The notes under the pieces were generated by a model. That model was not told where the DNA came from. It saw only the letters and a list, made by a program, of their open reading frames with translations, and did not search any database. Both the position numbers and the translations under genes were made by a program. Positions 28,807-41,609 of a DNA stretch of 64,000 bases are shown piece by piece. The DNA lies in assembly GCA_046563655.1 (NCBI GenBank), contig CM102283.1, positions 1,240,001 through 1,304,000 of the forward strand, in the 5' to 3' direction. Each line of letters begins with the position of its first letter. The stretch's first letter is position 1. The DNA comes from Yuukianura sp. NJ FZ-2021. Taxonomy: Eukaryota.

Positions 28807-29419
28807 TTTCCACCGTATTGAGAAAGGAATTTTCAAAACATTCAGAACTTCAAAAGCTTAAACTCCGTGCAAAACTGGAAATCCCATGAGATGCTGTTCG
28901 CTGGACAATTAAACTTCAAAGAAATGATACGGAATACTTGTGTGCTCAACTTTGTATTATCATGTATAGTTATTCGCAGACTCTCACAAGGGAAATTAAC
29001 ATCGTTGTTGACTACGGGCTGGCTTGCGAATATTTTACGCTCAACCACAAAAATAAGTAGAGCATTGAGAACAAAAAAGGCTATCTAATTGCTTAAAACT
29101 ATTATTTGACAATATGAAATTAGTAAGTATTACTTTATAAAATTGTTTAAAAAAAGTATGAACAAGTTCCATCGATTTGTCGCGATCATGAATCGCGATG
29201 GCTCATCCCGATCGACGATTCCCTCACATTGATATAAATAAACAAAGGATTCAACTTAACAAAACAGTTTTAATTAATAATTCTGGGGTTAATTTGGTTT
29301 TTAATTAGAAGTTCCACCAGCTTTTGCACTGTAAAAAAAACAACTTACCGATTGGAAAAAACTCAATGTTATGAACTAACTAAGCTGTATTGTAATCTAG
29401 TGAAAATGCCAATTTTTAT

Positions 29420-29510
29420 TGAAGGTATGGGTACATGGAATTGAGTTTTTTGTATTGCAACCCCTTGTGATTAACCATAAAGCCTACACAAGAAGTGCTG
29501 TGTGTTTTAG
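29420..29510 (-). pseudogene. 3'-end relic of a third IR-like paralog
   Basis: Reads ...KHSTSCVGFMVNHKGLQYKKLNSMYPYLQ*, versus KHSTTRVVVMVNPKELHYKKFNAMYPYLK* in IR-like 1. Confidence 0.75.
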
Positions 29511-29769
29511 GATTCCATGTGAATTGGTCAGAATAATTTGGTCAAAAGTGAAATGATCAGAGGTGAAAAGGTCAGAAGTGAAAAGGTCAAAAAGTGAAAA
29601 GATCAGAATTGAAATGGTCGGAATCCTAAAAGATCGGAAAGTGAAAAGATCAGAAAGTGAAAAGAACAAAAATGAAATCTTTTCACTTTTTGACCTTTTC
29701 ACTTCTGACTTTTTCACCTCTGATCATTTCACTTTTGACCAAATTATTCTGACCAAATCACCTGCTACG
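29511..29769. mobile_element. Mutator-like (MULE) foldback MITE
   Basis: ~80-bp TIRs (ggtcagaataatttggtcaaaagtgaaatgatcagagg...); 9-bp TSD gtgttttag at 29502-29510 and 29770-29778. Confidence 0.8.
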
Positions 29770-30187
29770 GTGTTTTAGTACTGACGTAGAGGATTACTAC
29801 ATATACACCAGAGGAAATGTTGGGACTAATAGACAGACATACAGACATGCATCCTATTATAATAATAGCTTCGCTATTATACTAATGACAACAGCACTTA
29901 CATTAAAGTTGAAACTTATACAAATAAAGTTATAAAAAACAGACTATAGTCATACCAGCACCGTTTTAATGAGTGGTTGTACAGTGTAGCTCTTTAAAGA
30001 ACGAGAATAAACGAATTTAAAAAAGAGATTGTGCGCAAAAAGGAATAATCCGCATCATACGGAGAGTTGGAAAATGGATCACGCGTGAAAACTATCCACG
30101 CATGATCCATTTTCCAATTTTTTCTTACTTCCGTTCTTTAGGGAGATTGGGTTTACTATATATTGTTAGATTGTAATATTAGAGAAA

Positions 30188-31555
30188 TCAAAATGTTAGC
30201 AGTAGATTAATGATGCTGCCCAGGATTATGTCTCCAAATAGTACGAGAACAAATTCGCGGCTTTCCACGATAAATGAATTGCCCACCCAAATGTCCAGTG
30301 GGCGGATGGCTCTCCACGTCAACACAACTCCTTTGTCATTCATGCAACAATGATCAACATGGAGCCGCATGACTGAAATTGCACCGACTGATGCTGATCT
30401 CAATCCAACCAAGCATGCCATGAGGAACCAATGACACGTCATGCATAGAATGTCAATTCCAAGAAACAGAATTCCGAATACTATATTTGTCGTACCGAAT
30501 TTAATCAGTGCAAACGTAACCAAAATTATTAATGTGACGACAACGTAATGTAGCAGTCCCAAGGTCATTGTAAAACTGTAGTTGAACATTTTGGTTAAAA
30601 TAGCTCTTTTTTGGTGTAGTCGTATAGCGTTCTTCATCAGTATTCTTTCATCGCTATCTTGTTCTTCGGCACGAAATGGTTTGCTAAAATACGAAATTCA
30701 TAACACTGCTTGAAATTGACATGTAACAAAGCTTTCCAATTAATTTCGTTTTTTTTTTTCGTTGGTTGAGCGTCATACATACCTCAATGCTGTGACAGTG
30801 AGCGATGTAGAGTTGAGGTACATTATATACAAAGTAATATAGAATATACTACAGGCGCTGCAGTTTATAGTACCATAGAAAACCCATCCCACTAAAATAA
30901 CTTTGATGAGGTACATTTCAGCACTGTTGTGTGTGTAGGTTGTGAAGATATTAATTAGTGTTGTTGCACCTCTTCCAATTGGTTGATCAGTTACAATTAG
31001 CAACAGTATGTAAAAAATGGCACCGATAATTAAATTTACAACTACCAAGTGGCCAATTTTTGAAAAGGTCTCTAAGCCATCTTTTTCTTGTTTAAATATA
31101 TTTGCTATACGTATTGGAATAAAACCATTAACTCATTTTGTTTTGCAAGAAAATATAATATTATTCACATAGGTGCGTGTCATACCTTTCCATTCATCTG
31201 AATTGAGCCGAAAAAAAATATTTGTGAATTCAATTGCATTGGTTTCGTTGATCATGTAAACTATTTTGTAAATTATAAAGATAGCCATCAATATAATATG
31301 TACACATACGAAAAGAATAAATAGGAAGTTCTGTTCAGCCACAGTTTGTGACGCAGTAACGCAAAGAATCAGTATTGCCGTTAATATTCCGCATAAACTG
31401 ACCACATCCCCTGCGAATACATTTGTAACGGATTTTTTCCATAACACAAGTCTTGGTACTGAAAAGACGTATTTTACTTTGAACCGACCGCACTTGAATC
31501 CTGAAATAATTTTGAAGATTTTGATACAGTTCGAAAGAGTTGAATCGGATATCAT
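30188..31555 (-). CDS. Multi-pass membrane protein, 7TM chemoreceptor (GR/OR superfamily)-like (exons 31555-31186, 31104-30783, 30683-30188)
   Basis: Three hydrophobic ORF blocks joined in frame by GT-AG introns; C-terminal AIRPLDIWVGNSF...IILGSIINLLLTF resembles the GR/OR TM7 region. Start codon uncertain. Confidence 0.6.
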
Positions 31556-33612
31556 GATAATGCGTGCTAACTTATCCCAATCAGAAGTATTGACCTTTGT
31601 TAGCAAAATCGAAGTAGCATAAAATTTAAGGGAAAAGAAAATAATTAAATAATTTCCCGCGTAAATCGCTTCTTATCTTTACGGTTAAAGGGTAAAAAAC
31701 CAATTATTGGCGAAAAACTTTGTTTGAAAAGATTTTGTGTATTCGTCGCATCCGAAATTCGTACTATACATTACTGTGCAATATTCTACGTTACCATATA
31801 GCTTTTCTTTAACTCAAAAGTAGTAGTGTATTTAAATTGTTACACAGCAATTTTGTAGTATACCTATTCGCATACAAAGGAATACCGTAAAACTCTTGAT
31901 GAAAATAAGTTAGCATTAACTGTTGTCCAAATTCGGTAGAATACCAATTCAAATATTTTATGAGGGTAAATCTTGTTTATATTAATTACCCCCTCTCCCT
32001 TCCAGAAGCAAAACGAATAAAATCCCAAGACTCCTGCTTTTTCATCATTAAGCGGCTGTTAATATTTATTCCTCGTATGGACTTTGTGAAGTCGACGCCC
32101 TAATGACTTACGAAGTTATGAGGTTGGGTTTAGAATTTTCCTAGCGTTTATTAAGCGAGAATTCTTTTTTGCATTTCTTAAACGGCCTACGTAAACGATA
32201 ATGAGGGCCTCGTTAAATAAGATGCATAAGAATAGGTTGCAATTTGATAGTATAGTCCTGTTTTTACCGAATTTGAGGTTTGGTAGAATCACTGTCAAAT
32301 ATTTCATAGAAAAAAACCGGCTCCGCAAAATTACCATTTCATAGCAAAACCAGTAAAACATCCTCGCTCTTTTTTTTTCACTATCAACGCCTATAAATAT
32401 TTACTTCATTTCTGATTTTGGCTCGTTAGCTTCAGCACAAAAACGAGCTAACTATGAGGTTTTGGATTGAGGCGTTTATGTGAAATTAAAAACCCGAAGT
32501 ATTTGAAGTTGTGATCTTACGACATTTGAAAACAGCTAGATTTTTTGTTCGCAAGACCTATGGGAGGAATACATAGTAATGGATAGTAACGGACCAACGG
32601 ACGTTTAGGTTAGGTTATCTTCATGTCAAGTTCAACGTACAAACAAACACCCTGATTTTGGTAGTATCTAGGGGCATGAGAGTTTTTGTCGTAACGTTGC
32701 TAGGGACATCTCACCGTCTGCACGGCATGTGCGAAGTGGTGACAAAAGTTTGTTGATTTTCAAAAATTGTGGGTGTGCAAACAAATCACACAAAAATCAT
32801 CCAAAGTCACTACCTCTAACAGCTTACCGGCTTCACAATTAACTGATAAAGATTTATTCGCATTGTTTTAATAAATTTTGAAATACTATGATAGACGACA
32901 AAGCTTTTTGAAAAAAAAAACATTGCTACGAAACGAGCTGACATTATTATAGAAGTTACAAAATAAAGACTTTCAAATAATTCTGCATTCGGTTGCGCGT
33001 TGCTGCAAATGTAAAGTTTGAATTTACACAAATCAATCTGAACTTAACAAAAAATCAAAAAGCCAATCTGTTGCATTTCTATATCTGTTTAAACTTAGTT
33101 TTGACCTTGTCAGACAATTTGGACCGAGGCCTACCCAGCATGTAATGTAAACCTACCTGCAAATAGTCACGTTGGTAATTCAGAACAATTATGCGGAAAA
33201 TTATTTTTTTAAAATAGTTGCCCTCCGCATGTTCTCAAATTTTCGCAAAAATAAAGTTTTAAAAAATTCAGACTCTTTCTCATGGCTTCTGTTTGACAAT
33301 TTCGTAAAGGACTGAAACTCTTGGGATTATATGTGGTTGTCAACAAAATTTATTTGCACAACTTTTTTAAACAATGAACGATGTCCCACAAAAACATTCT
33401 CCCTCTGAACTCTACGTTTCATGCTTTTCCCACTTGGGAATTCAATGTCGCATTCAACCATTGCCCAATCGTGCACAAAATATGATTCAAAAGAAATTAG
33501 ATACATAGGCGATTCTTTTTTACGAATTTACGGGATTCTTTGCGAATTTACCACAGAACTTTAATTACCTTTAATTAGTTTATTTAAATTCATATAATTA
33601 TTATAGTTATAT

Positions 33613-34250
33613 TTTTTTCATTTCATTTCATTTCATTTCATTTATTCTCCTGTTTCTGGCAGGCTTTTCAGAATAAGTACTTAAAGATAGTTTTAATGGT
33701 GTGTAATTAATATTAGCAAATATGTTTAGTGTAAATGTAGCAGTTGTAATTTAAGAACGTTATGTATGTTAATAGTTACTAGGATTATTGTTGAGAAGTG
33801 ACTTTTCTAAGAATTAATTTTTTAAAAAAATGCTCTAATCGTTACTTTAAAATTAAAAAATTTAAGATTTATGATTTAGGGTGGCTTAATTGTAATTATA
33901 ATTATTATTATTATTATTTTTAAATCTTTCATTTATAAAATAGCTATATTGCAATAAGTATGTTCAATTGCTACTCTTCTTCGTCTACCTCAATTCGGCG
34001 TTCGAGTTCTTTATGTTGGGCTTCCAGAAAATGGTCCTTAAGTTTCATTTTTAGTGCCGTCAGATTGGTAAGACGTCGGACATCTTCTTTCGTCTCCATC
34101 CACTTACGGAAACCACTTGCTTTGAAGGATTGAGGATGAATTTTTCGGTTTAGGTTTGCGACGTGAGTTTTCTTTCTAGTTGTTGTGCTTGATTGTGTAG
34201 ACTGATATATAGTTATTGTAGATTTGATAGATTGATTGATGTAGATTGAT
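33613..34250 (-). mobile_element. 5'-truncated LINE (ORF2 C-terminus + 3'UTR + (GAAAT)n tail)
   Basis: 34202-33971 reads STQSSTTTRKKTHVANLNRKIHPQSF...LKMKLKDHFLEAQ..., homologous to the ORF2 end at ~60470-60700 (SSQSSNTTSTRSGTYVVNNRKYHPKSF...YFLERQ). 21-bp TSD atataattattatarttatat at 33592-33612 and 34251-34271. Confidence 0.8.
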
Positions 34251-34291
34251 ATATAATTATTATAATTATATATTCACTTTGCTTTTACGTA

Positions 34292-37186
34292 TTATCTAAG
34301 GTATGGATACCACATATTGAACTGTTTCATTTGATACTGCTTTGACCCCACTAAAACAATTACGCGATGACCCTGCTTCTGCATTCTTTTTTTAACTGAA
34401 AATTCGGTGCCCATCGTCACGAGAGTTATGATGACGCAGGCCGCGTAAATGTAAAAAAGCACGCGGATTTTCGTTTTCAAATTGAGTGCCTTTGGTACTT
34501 TTGATTGGTCCTCCAGTTTACCATACTTGACTCGGTAAAACTCCATGTAATGCCGCGTTTCGATAGTTTTCGCCAATTCATCCAACTTATCATTGATTCC
34601 CGACTCTACAAAAGCTGATAGATGGCGCAACAGAGTTTCTCGTGCGATGTGTGACGGTTGTACCGCAATGCCCCACTTTGTGCTTCTGAGCAGTTGCGTT
34701 TTGTCTTCAAGAATGTAGAAGTTAGGCTGCGATGATCTATCGGGGTCAAATCTGTCCATGTACTTCATTCTCGTGAGGAGATCAACAGAGTCGATATACA
34801 GAGTAGCATTGCAACTGTAAAGTTCATCTGTAATATCAGTGTAGCACTCATGGGCCTTCGTGTGTTGCGCCAATTTCAGCAGCATTTTACCCTTGCGACT
34901 GTTAATCATGGCGGGGTCAACGGACTCCAATGAGTTGGTCGCAGCCATTTGTGAGTACAACTCCATGCGACGGTTCATACACTGCGGAATGTCGTCGATT
35001 AGTTGAAAGCGACTTTTGAAGGTGACATAGTCTGCGCACGTCCGAATGAATCCACTATCGACCAATGGGTCATCGGCGATCCAAGGCCGGTTAAGGGCCA
35101 CCGCGGCAGTTTTCATTGGTGTGTGAAGTAAGTCATTGGGTTTACAACATTCAACTTTATTCCTGGCGTAGTGTTCGATGATAGAAACATAGCCTAAGTC
35201 GACTGCTGCTTCAAGCGATTCGATACCGGATTGGTCGAGGGGTTTGACCAATGACGTTATGACAGTTCCCTTATAGCCGTTCGATAGTACAATACCGGTG
35301 ATGATAAAGGCAGCAAAAACTGGCGAGAACGACAAAAGTTTAAATTTTTTGTTTGTGATGCTGAATGACTCTTCGAAGAATATGGATATAAGTAGAAACG
35401 GGAATACGTCTTTGAGTTTGATATACTGAGGCAGAAGACAGTACAGGACACTGGGCACGACGCATGCGCAGATGAGAAAAATCCAAACTGCGTGGCTAAA
35501 TGGTTGAACGTAGTCGTATAAGGCCATTCGAGTGTTGAGTCCGGAACAGGTCGTTGCGGCTCGGTTGACATCGGCAACAGATATGAACAGAACGTCTGAG
35601 CCTATGTGTGTCGACATGTAAGGCAAAAGGCTCAGCTCAATCACCACCTCATCTTTTTTGAAAAACGTCTTAAAAAGCTCGTAAGCGACCATTTTGGTCT
35701 CCGCATCCATCATTCTACTCGAATTGAAACCTAAATTAGATATTATATTAAAATAATATTTAGTTATATAAACTAACAAAAATTATGGTAGTTCCTAACC
35801 TACCTAATAATTAATAATTATAATTAAGTTTTAATTTGACTTTAGAAGTTATTCAAGCTGAAATATCTGACCTTGGTTCAAAAAAGAAATAATTTGGAAT
35901 TGTACAAGCGGTCGAGACGGGTAATAAATTTGTTCGTGTGGTTTTGGCGGGTCTTTGAAATGCGAGTAGATCAGCATTTTCACGTCCGTTTTTAGGAAGT
36001 TCGCAACTTCATTTTGAACTCGAGCGCTGTTCAAACCTGAGGGCAGAAAATAACTAACATTTCCCAGAAAAATTTAAAGAACAATAAAAAAAAATTGCAT
36101 TTTTGAATTTCTCTGGGAAGTTAAAAGTTTTGTTTTCGATACAAATCACATTATTTTATGACTTATTAAGTGCGACCTTTTTTTTTATTCTTAACAATTT
36201 TAAATTTTTTGAAACTTGCCTTGTCTAGTTGTTACCCATTCGCTGTACTCTTTGAAATACAAGTTTTCCGGAAGTGAAACTCCGATTAAGCAGCTAACAC
36301 CTTCAATCTCGCCATTGGTTCCATACGTCGACCAATCCGGAACTACCGTTACTATCGGCAAATAGAAAAACGACATCCAGTTTCTAATGTCATTTTCAAA
36401 GTCGATTTCTTCTCCTTCCGTGACATCTTCCTGTCGTTTCAAATAAAACGTTTCTAGCGTCACTAAAATAGTGATGTAAATTTGAGTTGGAAAAAATGGC
36501 GGAAAGGAAAACTCTCTGTCGTCATTTTCGTCAAGGATCTGCTGGTACTTTTTTTCATCAACCGTGGCGTTATTCCCGGTGACTTCGATACTTTCATTAC
36601 CAACAGCTTCAGATGTTGGTTTAGCATTTTCATTAGCGAGATTGACGTTCTTATTCATGAATTTGTCTTTTTCATGGCCAGGGTTTTCAGGTCGGCGCGT
36701 TTTGTTTCTGGCTCGATCATTTTCGCGCCATTTCAACTCCTGCAGGTCAGCCCTGCTCCAGAAGTGGTTCAAGTACCAGTAGATGTCCTCCTCCTCTTTG
36801 ACGTTCACCTCTCCAGATTCTGGATACACTCCCATGACTGCAACACAGTTGACCCCACGGCGCATGTAGTTTTGCAGGACGTAGACGCAAAGGTGGGCGT
36901 TGTAGTTGAACGTGTAGTTTGCACCAAACGTCCACTTCTGCTCTTCTCCGCACGAGGTGTTGTCGTACGGGTCAAACCGGGGAGTAGCTATGACCAAGGG
37001 AACAACTGATGAAAATATGTCAGAGTTATTGGAGTACAGAATGAGGTGAATGAAGCAACGTTCCCACTGTTTTACAATGGGATTTATGTTTAGCAGAGCG
37101 GGAACGGATGTCCCGGTAGATGAATTTAGAAGACAGGTAAACGTTAGTAACGATGTCAAAACGGCAGAGAAATAGGTGAGGTACAT
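34292..37186 (-). CDS. Divergent IR-like protein 2 (exons 37186-36220, 36036-35872, 35730-34292)
   Basis: Paralog of IR-like 1 (YDYVQPFSHAVW, LSNGYKGTVITS, MWYPYLR). Intron 1 has a GC donor (AG|GCAAGT) at the homologous position; intron 2 is extra. Confidence 0.7.
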
Positions 37187-38046
37187 GTTGAAAAAAAAAT
37201 GTGGAATGATTTGCTGTTCTGAGATGACTTTGACTTTGACTTTGCAATATCAAAAATTCCAATTCCGTGCTTAGGGTGGGTGTTTTTAGAGAAAAAATAT
37301 TTCCGAAAAAGTAAATCCCGAGTGTACTAACATTCCCAAGGGGGTATATTTTTTATTTCCATTTTCATGTTTGCTTTGCCCTAAAAAACTGGCCTTGTTT
37401 CATTCCTCTGTTCGTTGTTAAAATGAAAAGGTAAAAGGTCAGCTTCAATGCCAAATTAAATCGACCGTTGTAAACTCCGTACTGGAGGTAGCTCAAAAAT
37501 CAGGGTCACTTACGCGAAAGTTGTTTGGCTGAATTTGACGGCTTATATTCGGCAATACGGCCACTCGATTTTTTACGATTACAATATCATTTTACGTCAA
37601 CTTTTGGATGCAGATTCCAAATCTGAAATCCGTTTTGAATAATAGGGATTGCAAAAAGAATGATATAATAACTATAAATATGCATGACAACTTAGTTTAA
37701 TCAGATGATTCAATGAATCAGACACCTTTTCATAGAATTTATCTTTTATGACTCCTCATATACTTAACGATGAGACAGGATAATAACACTTCAGTGAGGT
37801 CGTTGATTCCATAAGCTCAGATTACTTATTTCCAACACTACTTGACTAACTAACCAATTAATTAACTAGCCTAAACTATAACTAACTTTGGGTTAAGTCG
37901 ACGGAAGAGTTTCAAGCTTGAACAGTCTAAAATTTGAAATTCCAAATTCTCAGTTGGTGAATGTAACTATTGACAGTACCTTAGTGCAATTCAGCTAGGC
38001 GTAGTTCAGACGTCAATTCTTGGTGACTGCAGGAGGTCGCCACAAA

Positions 38047-39656
38047 ATGACAGGGGTTGGTGAGAATGGTGTGGGTACAAATGGGGATATATTGTTTGCT
38101 TCAACTGGAGAAGAATACGTAATGTACAAACGAAGATGGATTGGAATGGTCAGTATTTGGTTACTTAACATTTCCACTGGCTTGGTTTGGTTGACTTTTA
38201 GTGCCGTGCCGCAAATCTCTGCCACGTGGTTTAACACGGGCATGACAAGGTATCAACCTCTCCGTAATTCTGTATTTTGTTGGAACCATTGTAGCCTCAA
38301 CATTCAGTGGTTTTGTCTTCGAAAAGTTTGGAATCAAACGGGCAGTAAGATTTGAACTCAAATTAATTAAACAGCGGGAGGAATTTAATTTAAATGAGAG
38401 AGAAGAAAACTGTGGTGACCTTTGCCTTGACCTTTAGTTGATGCTGGGTGGGATCATCAACGTTGTTGGAACTTGGATTAGATTCTGTGCTGTCTTTGTA
38501 GAAAGCAGTGCAGAGTCAAGCGAAGGGCGTCTGGCGGTTGCTCTGATTGGTCAATTCATTGCTTCAACTGCACAACCGCTTTTCTTAAATGCGCCGCCAA
38601 AATTTGCTGCTGTTTGGTTTAGCGAATCCAGTCGAGCAACGGCCACCACAATCGGAAGTTTATGTAAGTTTTAGCTGTCCAAAATGTAGATTACTTTTTT
38701 CGCAATTTTCAAAAATCGGCGGTTTTTAATTGAAATTTTGATTCTTTTAGCCAATCCGGTGGCAGCTGCGGTGGCCATGCTCCTTATACCCGCGATTTGC
38801 TCAGAAGAGAATGGCTCCGACATGCCGCTAGCAGTAAGTTCGACTTCAAACTCTTCGCGGTTTTTATAAAAACTTACAAAAAATTAAAATTTTAAACTTT
38901 TTTTTAAAACTTGTTTTTGAATAGCTTTTTGTGACTGGAGTAGTTGCAATTGGTGCGTTTCTGTCGACGTTCCTGACCTCTGACCTTCCACCATCGGCTC
39001 CTTCGGCTTCAGCCGCAATGGCTTTAGCCGAGGCTTCAGACGAGCCGTTCTGGCGTTCCATTCGAAAAATTTCAGCAATCGGACAGTTCTGGGTTCTCCT
39101 CTTCGCGTTTTCCGTCCACGTCGGTTTACTCAACACTTTCATTTCGCTAATCAACCAAATCGTAGGTCCCTACGGCTATTCAGATGACGATGGTGGACTG
39201 TTCGTCGCGTGCATGATTTTGACCGGAATTGCCGCCACGGTCGCAGTAGGCGTCCTTATTGTCAGAACGGAGAGATACGTACACCTTCTCGAAACCTCCG
39301 CGGTATCCCTGTGTGTGTCATACGCAGCGCTCGCATTGCTAATCGGCCCGAACGTTTTCTGGGGAATCGCTTTCGCTTGCATGGTTCTCGGTTTTTCGTC
39401 GTTTTCTCTCCTTGCAGTTGCACTGGAGCTCGGAATGGAATGCACATACCCAATTCCACCGTCAAGTTCAACCACGACGTTATGGATGGGCGGTCAACTG
39501 TTTGGTGTAGTTTTCTTGGTTATTGCAGACGCCTTGCGCGACGAAAGTGGAGATCCACCAGATAACATGAACATTGCGCTCGTTGCTGCTAGCGGGGTGG
39601 CTTTGACTACATCAGTTAGTAATTTTTTCTATATTTTCAAATATTCCAAATCATAG
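38047..39656 (+). CDS. MFS transporter (FLVCR/SLC49/MFSD7-like, fungal-looking) with a +1 frameshift near 38248; exons 38047-38344, 38438-38663, 38751-38833, 38925-39656
   Basis: YKRRWIGM..WLTF; GQFIASTAQPLFLNAPPKFAAVWFSESSRATAT; LELGMECTYP; ALRDESGDPPDNMNIAL. Exon 1 needs one base removed (ATG ACA a GGT ATC) to read GINLSVILYFVGT...FGIKRA. Confidence 0.8.
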
Positions 39657-39761
39657 TTTAGTAGCTGAAAAAAAGGCAAAAGGATCAAGAACTGGTCAAT
39701 AAATTAAATAACTAAATATTTTGTGTGTGAACAGTTTGAATCGTTTTTTTTTGCTTTTGTG

Positions 39762-41609
39762 TTATTATAATAGCGAAGCTATTATGATAAAAGTGGTTTG
39801 TCTGTCTGTCTGTCCGTCTGTCTGTCTGTCTGTCTGTCCGGATTAATTATCTCAGAAACTACTGGTCCGATTTGATTCCAGTTTTCACCAGTGACCATGT
39901 CATGACCCGGGCTTGGTCACTATTGAATATGACCCCCGTGTGTCAACTCCTTCCGGGTCAAAGGTCAAGGTTAACCGGTTTCATCCCCGGTAATATGGAA
40001 AATGACCTCTACAAAAGTTGTTCATCTCATCAAGGGGAACAACTTTTGTGTGTAATGTGTGACCCTAGGTCACCTGCTTCCGGGTCAAAATCGATTTCAA
40101 AGGTCATTTGTAATGCAAGTGTGTGTAAGAAAAACTCTGCTTGTGAGACTGGAAAGGCAATTGGCATGGGACTTGGTTCTCTGCTTAGCAAAAAATCTAT
40201 TACGCAGTTGACATATACACTTTACACACTCATGCACTGTGTCCACCGGGTGTCACCTGTCACTTGCCGGGTGTCACCTGTCACCTGTCACTTGCCGGGT
40301 GTCACCTGTCACCTGTCACTTGCCGGGTGTCACCTGTCACCTGTCACTTGCCGGGTGTCACCTGTCACATACCGGGTGTCACCTGTCACCTGTCACGCCT
40401 CAGCTGTCACGTCTCACCTGTCAACACCCCCTGGGGGGGCGGGAAAGTGGGGGGAACACCCCCCCACTACCCCGGGGGGGGGGCGGGAAAGTGGGGGGAA
40501 CACCCCCCACTACCCCGGGGGGGGGCGGGAAAGTGGGGAAAACACACCCCTACTCCCCGGGGGGGGGGCGGGAAAGTGGGGGGAACACACCCCTACTCCC
40601 CGGGGGGGGGGGCGGGAAAGTGGGGGAAACACACCCCCGCGCTTCCTGGGGTGCGGAGCAAAAAAGCGGGGGAACACACCCTCACACCCCTCGGGTGACC
40701 CACCCTCACATCCTGGGGTGCGGAGCAAAAAAGCGGGGGAACACACCTCACTCCCCCCGGTGGGGGGAGGCGGGAAAGTGGGGGGAACAAACCCCCTTCG
40801 GGGAGCCTATTGCTTCGCTATTATCAGTATGGGCGGTTTACAACCGGTTTATTATAATAGCGAAGCTATTATGATAAAAGTGGTTTGTCTGTCCGTCCGT
40901 CTGTCTGTCTGTCTGTCCGGATTAATTATCTCAGAAACTACTGGTCCGATTTGATTCCAGTTTTCACCAGTGACCATGTCATGACCCGGGCTTGGTCACT
41001 ATTGAATATGACCCCCGTGTGTCAACTCCTTCCGGGTCAAAGGTCAAGGTCAACCAGTTTTATCCCCGGTAACCGGGAAAATGACCTCTACAAAAGTTGT
41101 TCATCTCATCGAGGGGAACAACTTTTGTGTTTAATGTGTGACCCTAGGTCACCTGCTTCTGGGTCAAAATGGATTTCAAAGGTCATTTGTAATGCACGTG
41201 TGGGTACAAAAAACTCTGCTTGTGAGACTGGAAAGGCAATTGGCATGGGACTTGATTCTCTGCTTAGCAAAAAATCTATTACGCAGTTGACATTATACAC
41301 TTTACACACTCATGCACTGTGTCCACCGTGTGTCACCTGTCACTTGCCGGGTGTCACCTGTCACCTCTCAGCTGTCACGTCTCACCTGTCACCTGTCACG
41401 CCTCAGCTGTCACGTCTCACCTGTCAACACCCCCTGGGGGGCGGGAGAGTGGGGGGAACACACCCCTACTCCCCGGGGGGGGGCCGGAGAGTGGGGGGAA
41501 CACACCCCTACTCCCCGGGGGGGAGGCCGGAAAGTGGGGGGAACAAACCCCCTTCGGGGGGCCTATTGCTTCGCTATTATCATTATGGGCGGTTTACAAC
41601 CGGTTTATT
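39762..41609 (+). mobile_element. Head-to-tail dimer of a DINE-1/Helentron-associated non-autonomous element (39762-40850 and 40849-41609)
   Basis: Each unit has a subTIR ataatagcgaagc and its inverse gcttcgctattat near the 3' end, a (GTCY)n microsatellite, a terminal stem-loop cggtttacaaccg and TT junctions. Internal tgtcacc and G-rich minisatellites. Confidence 0.8.
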
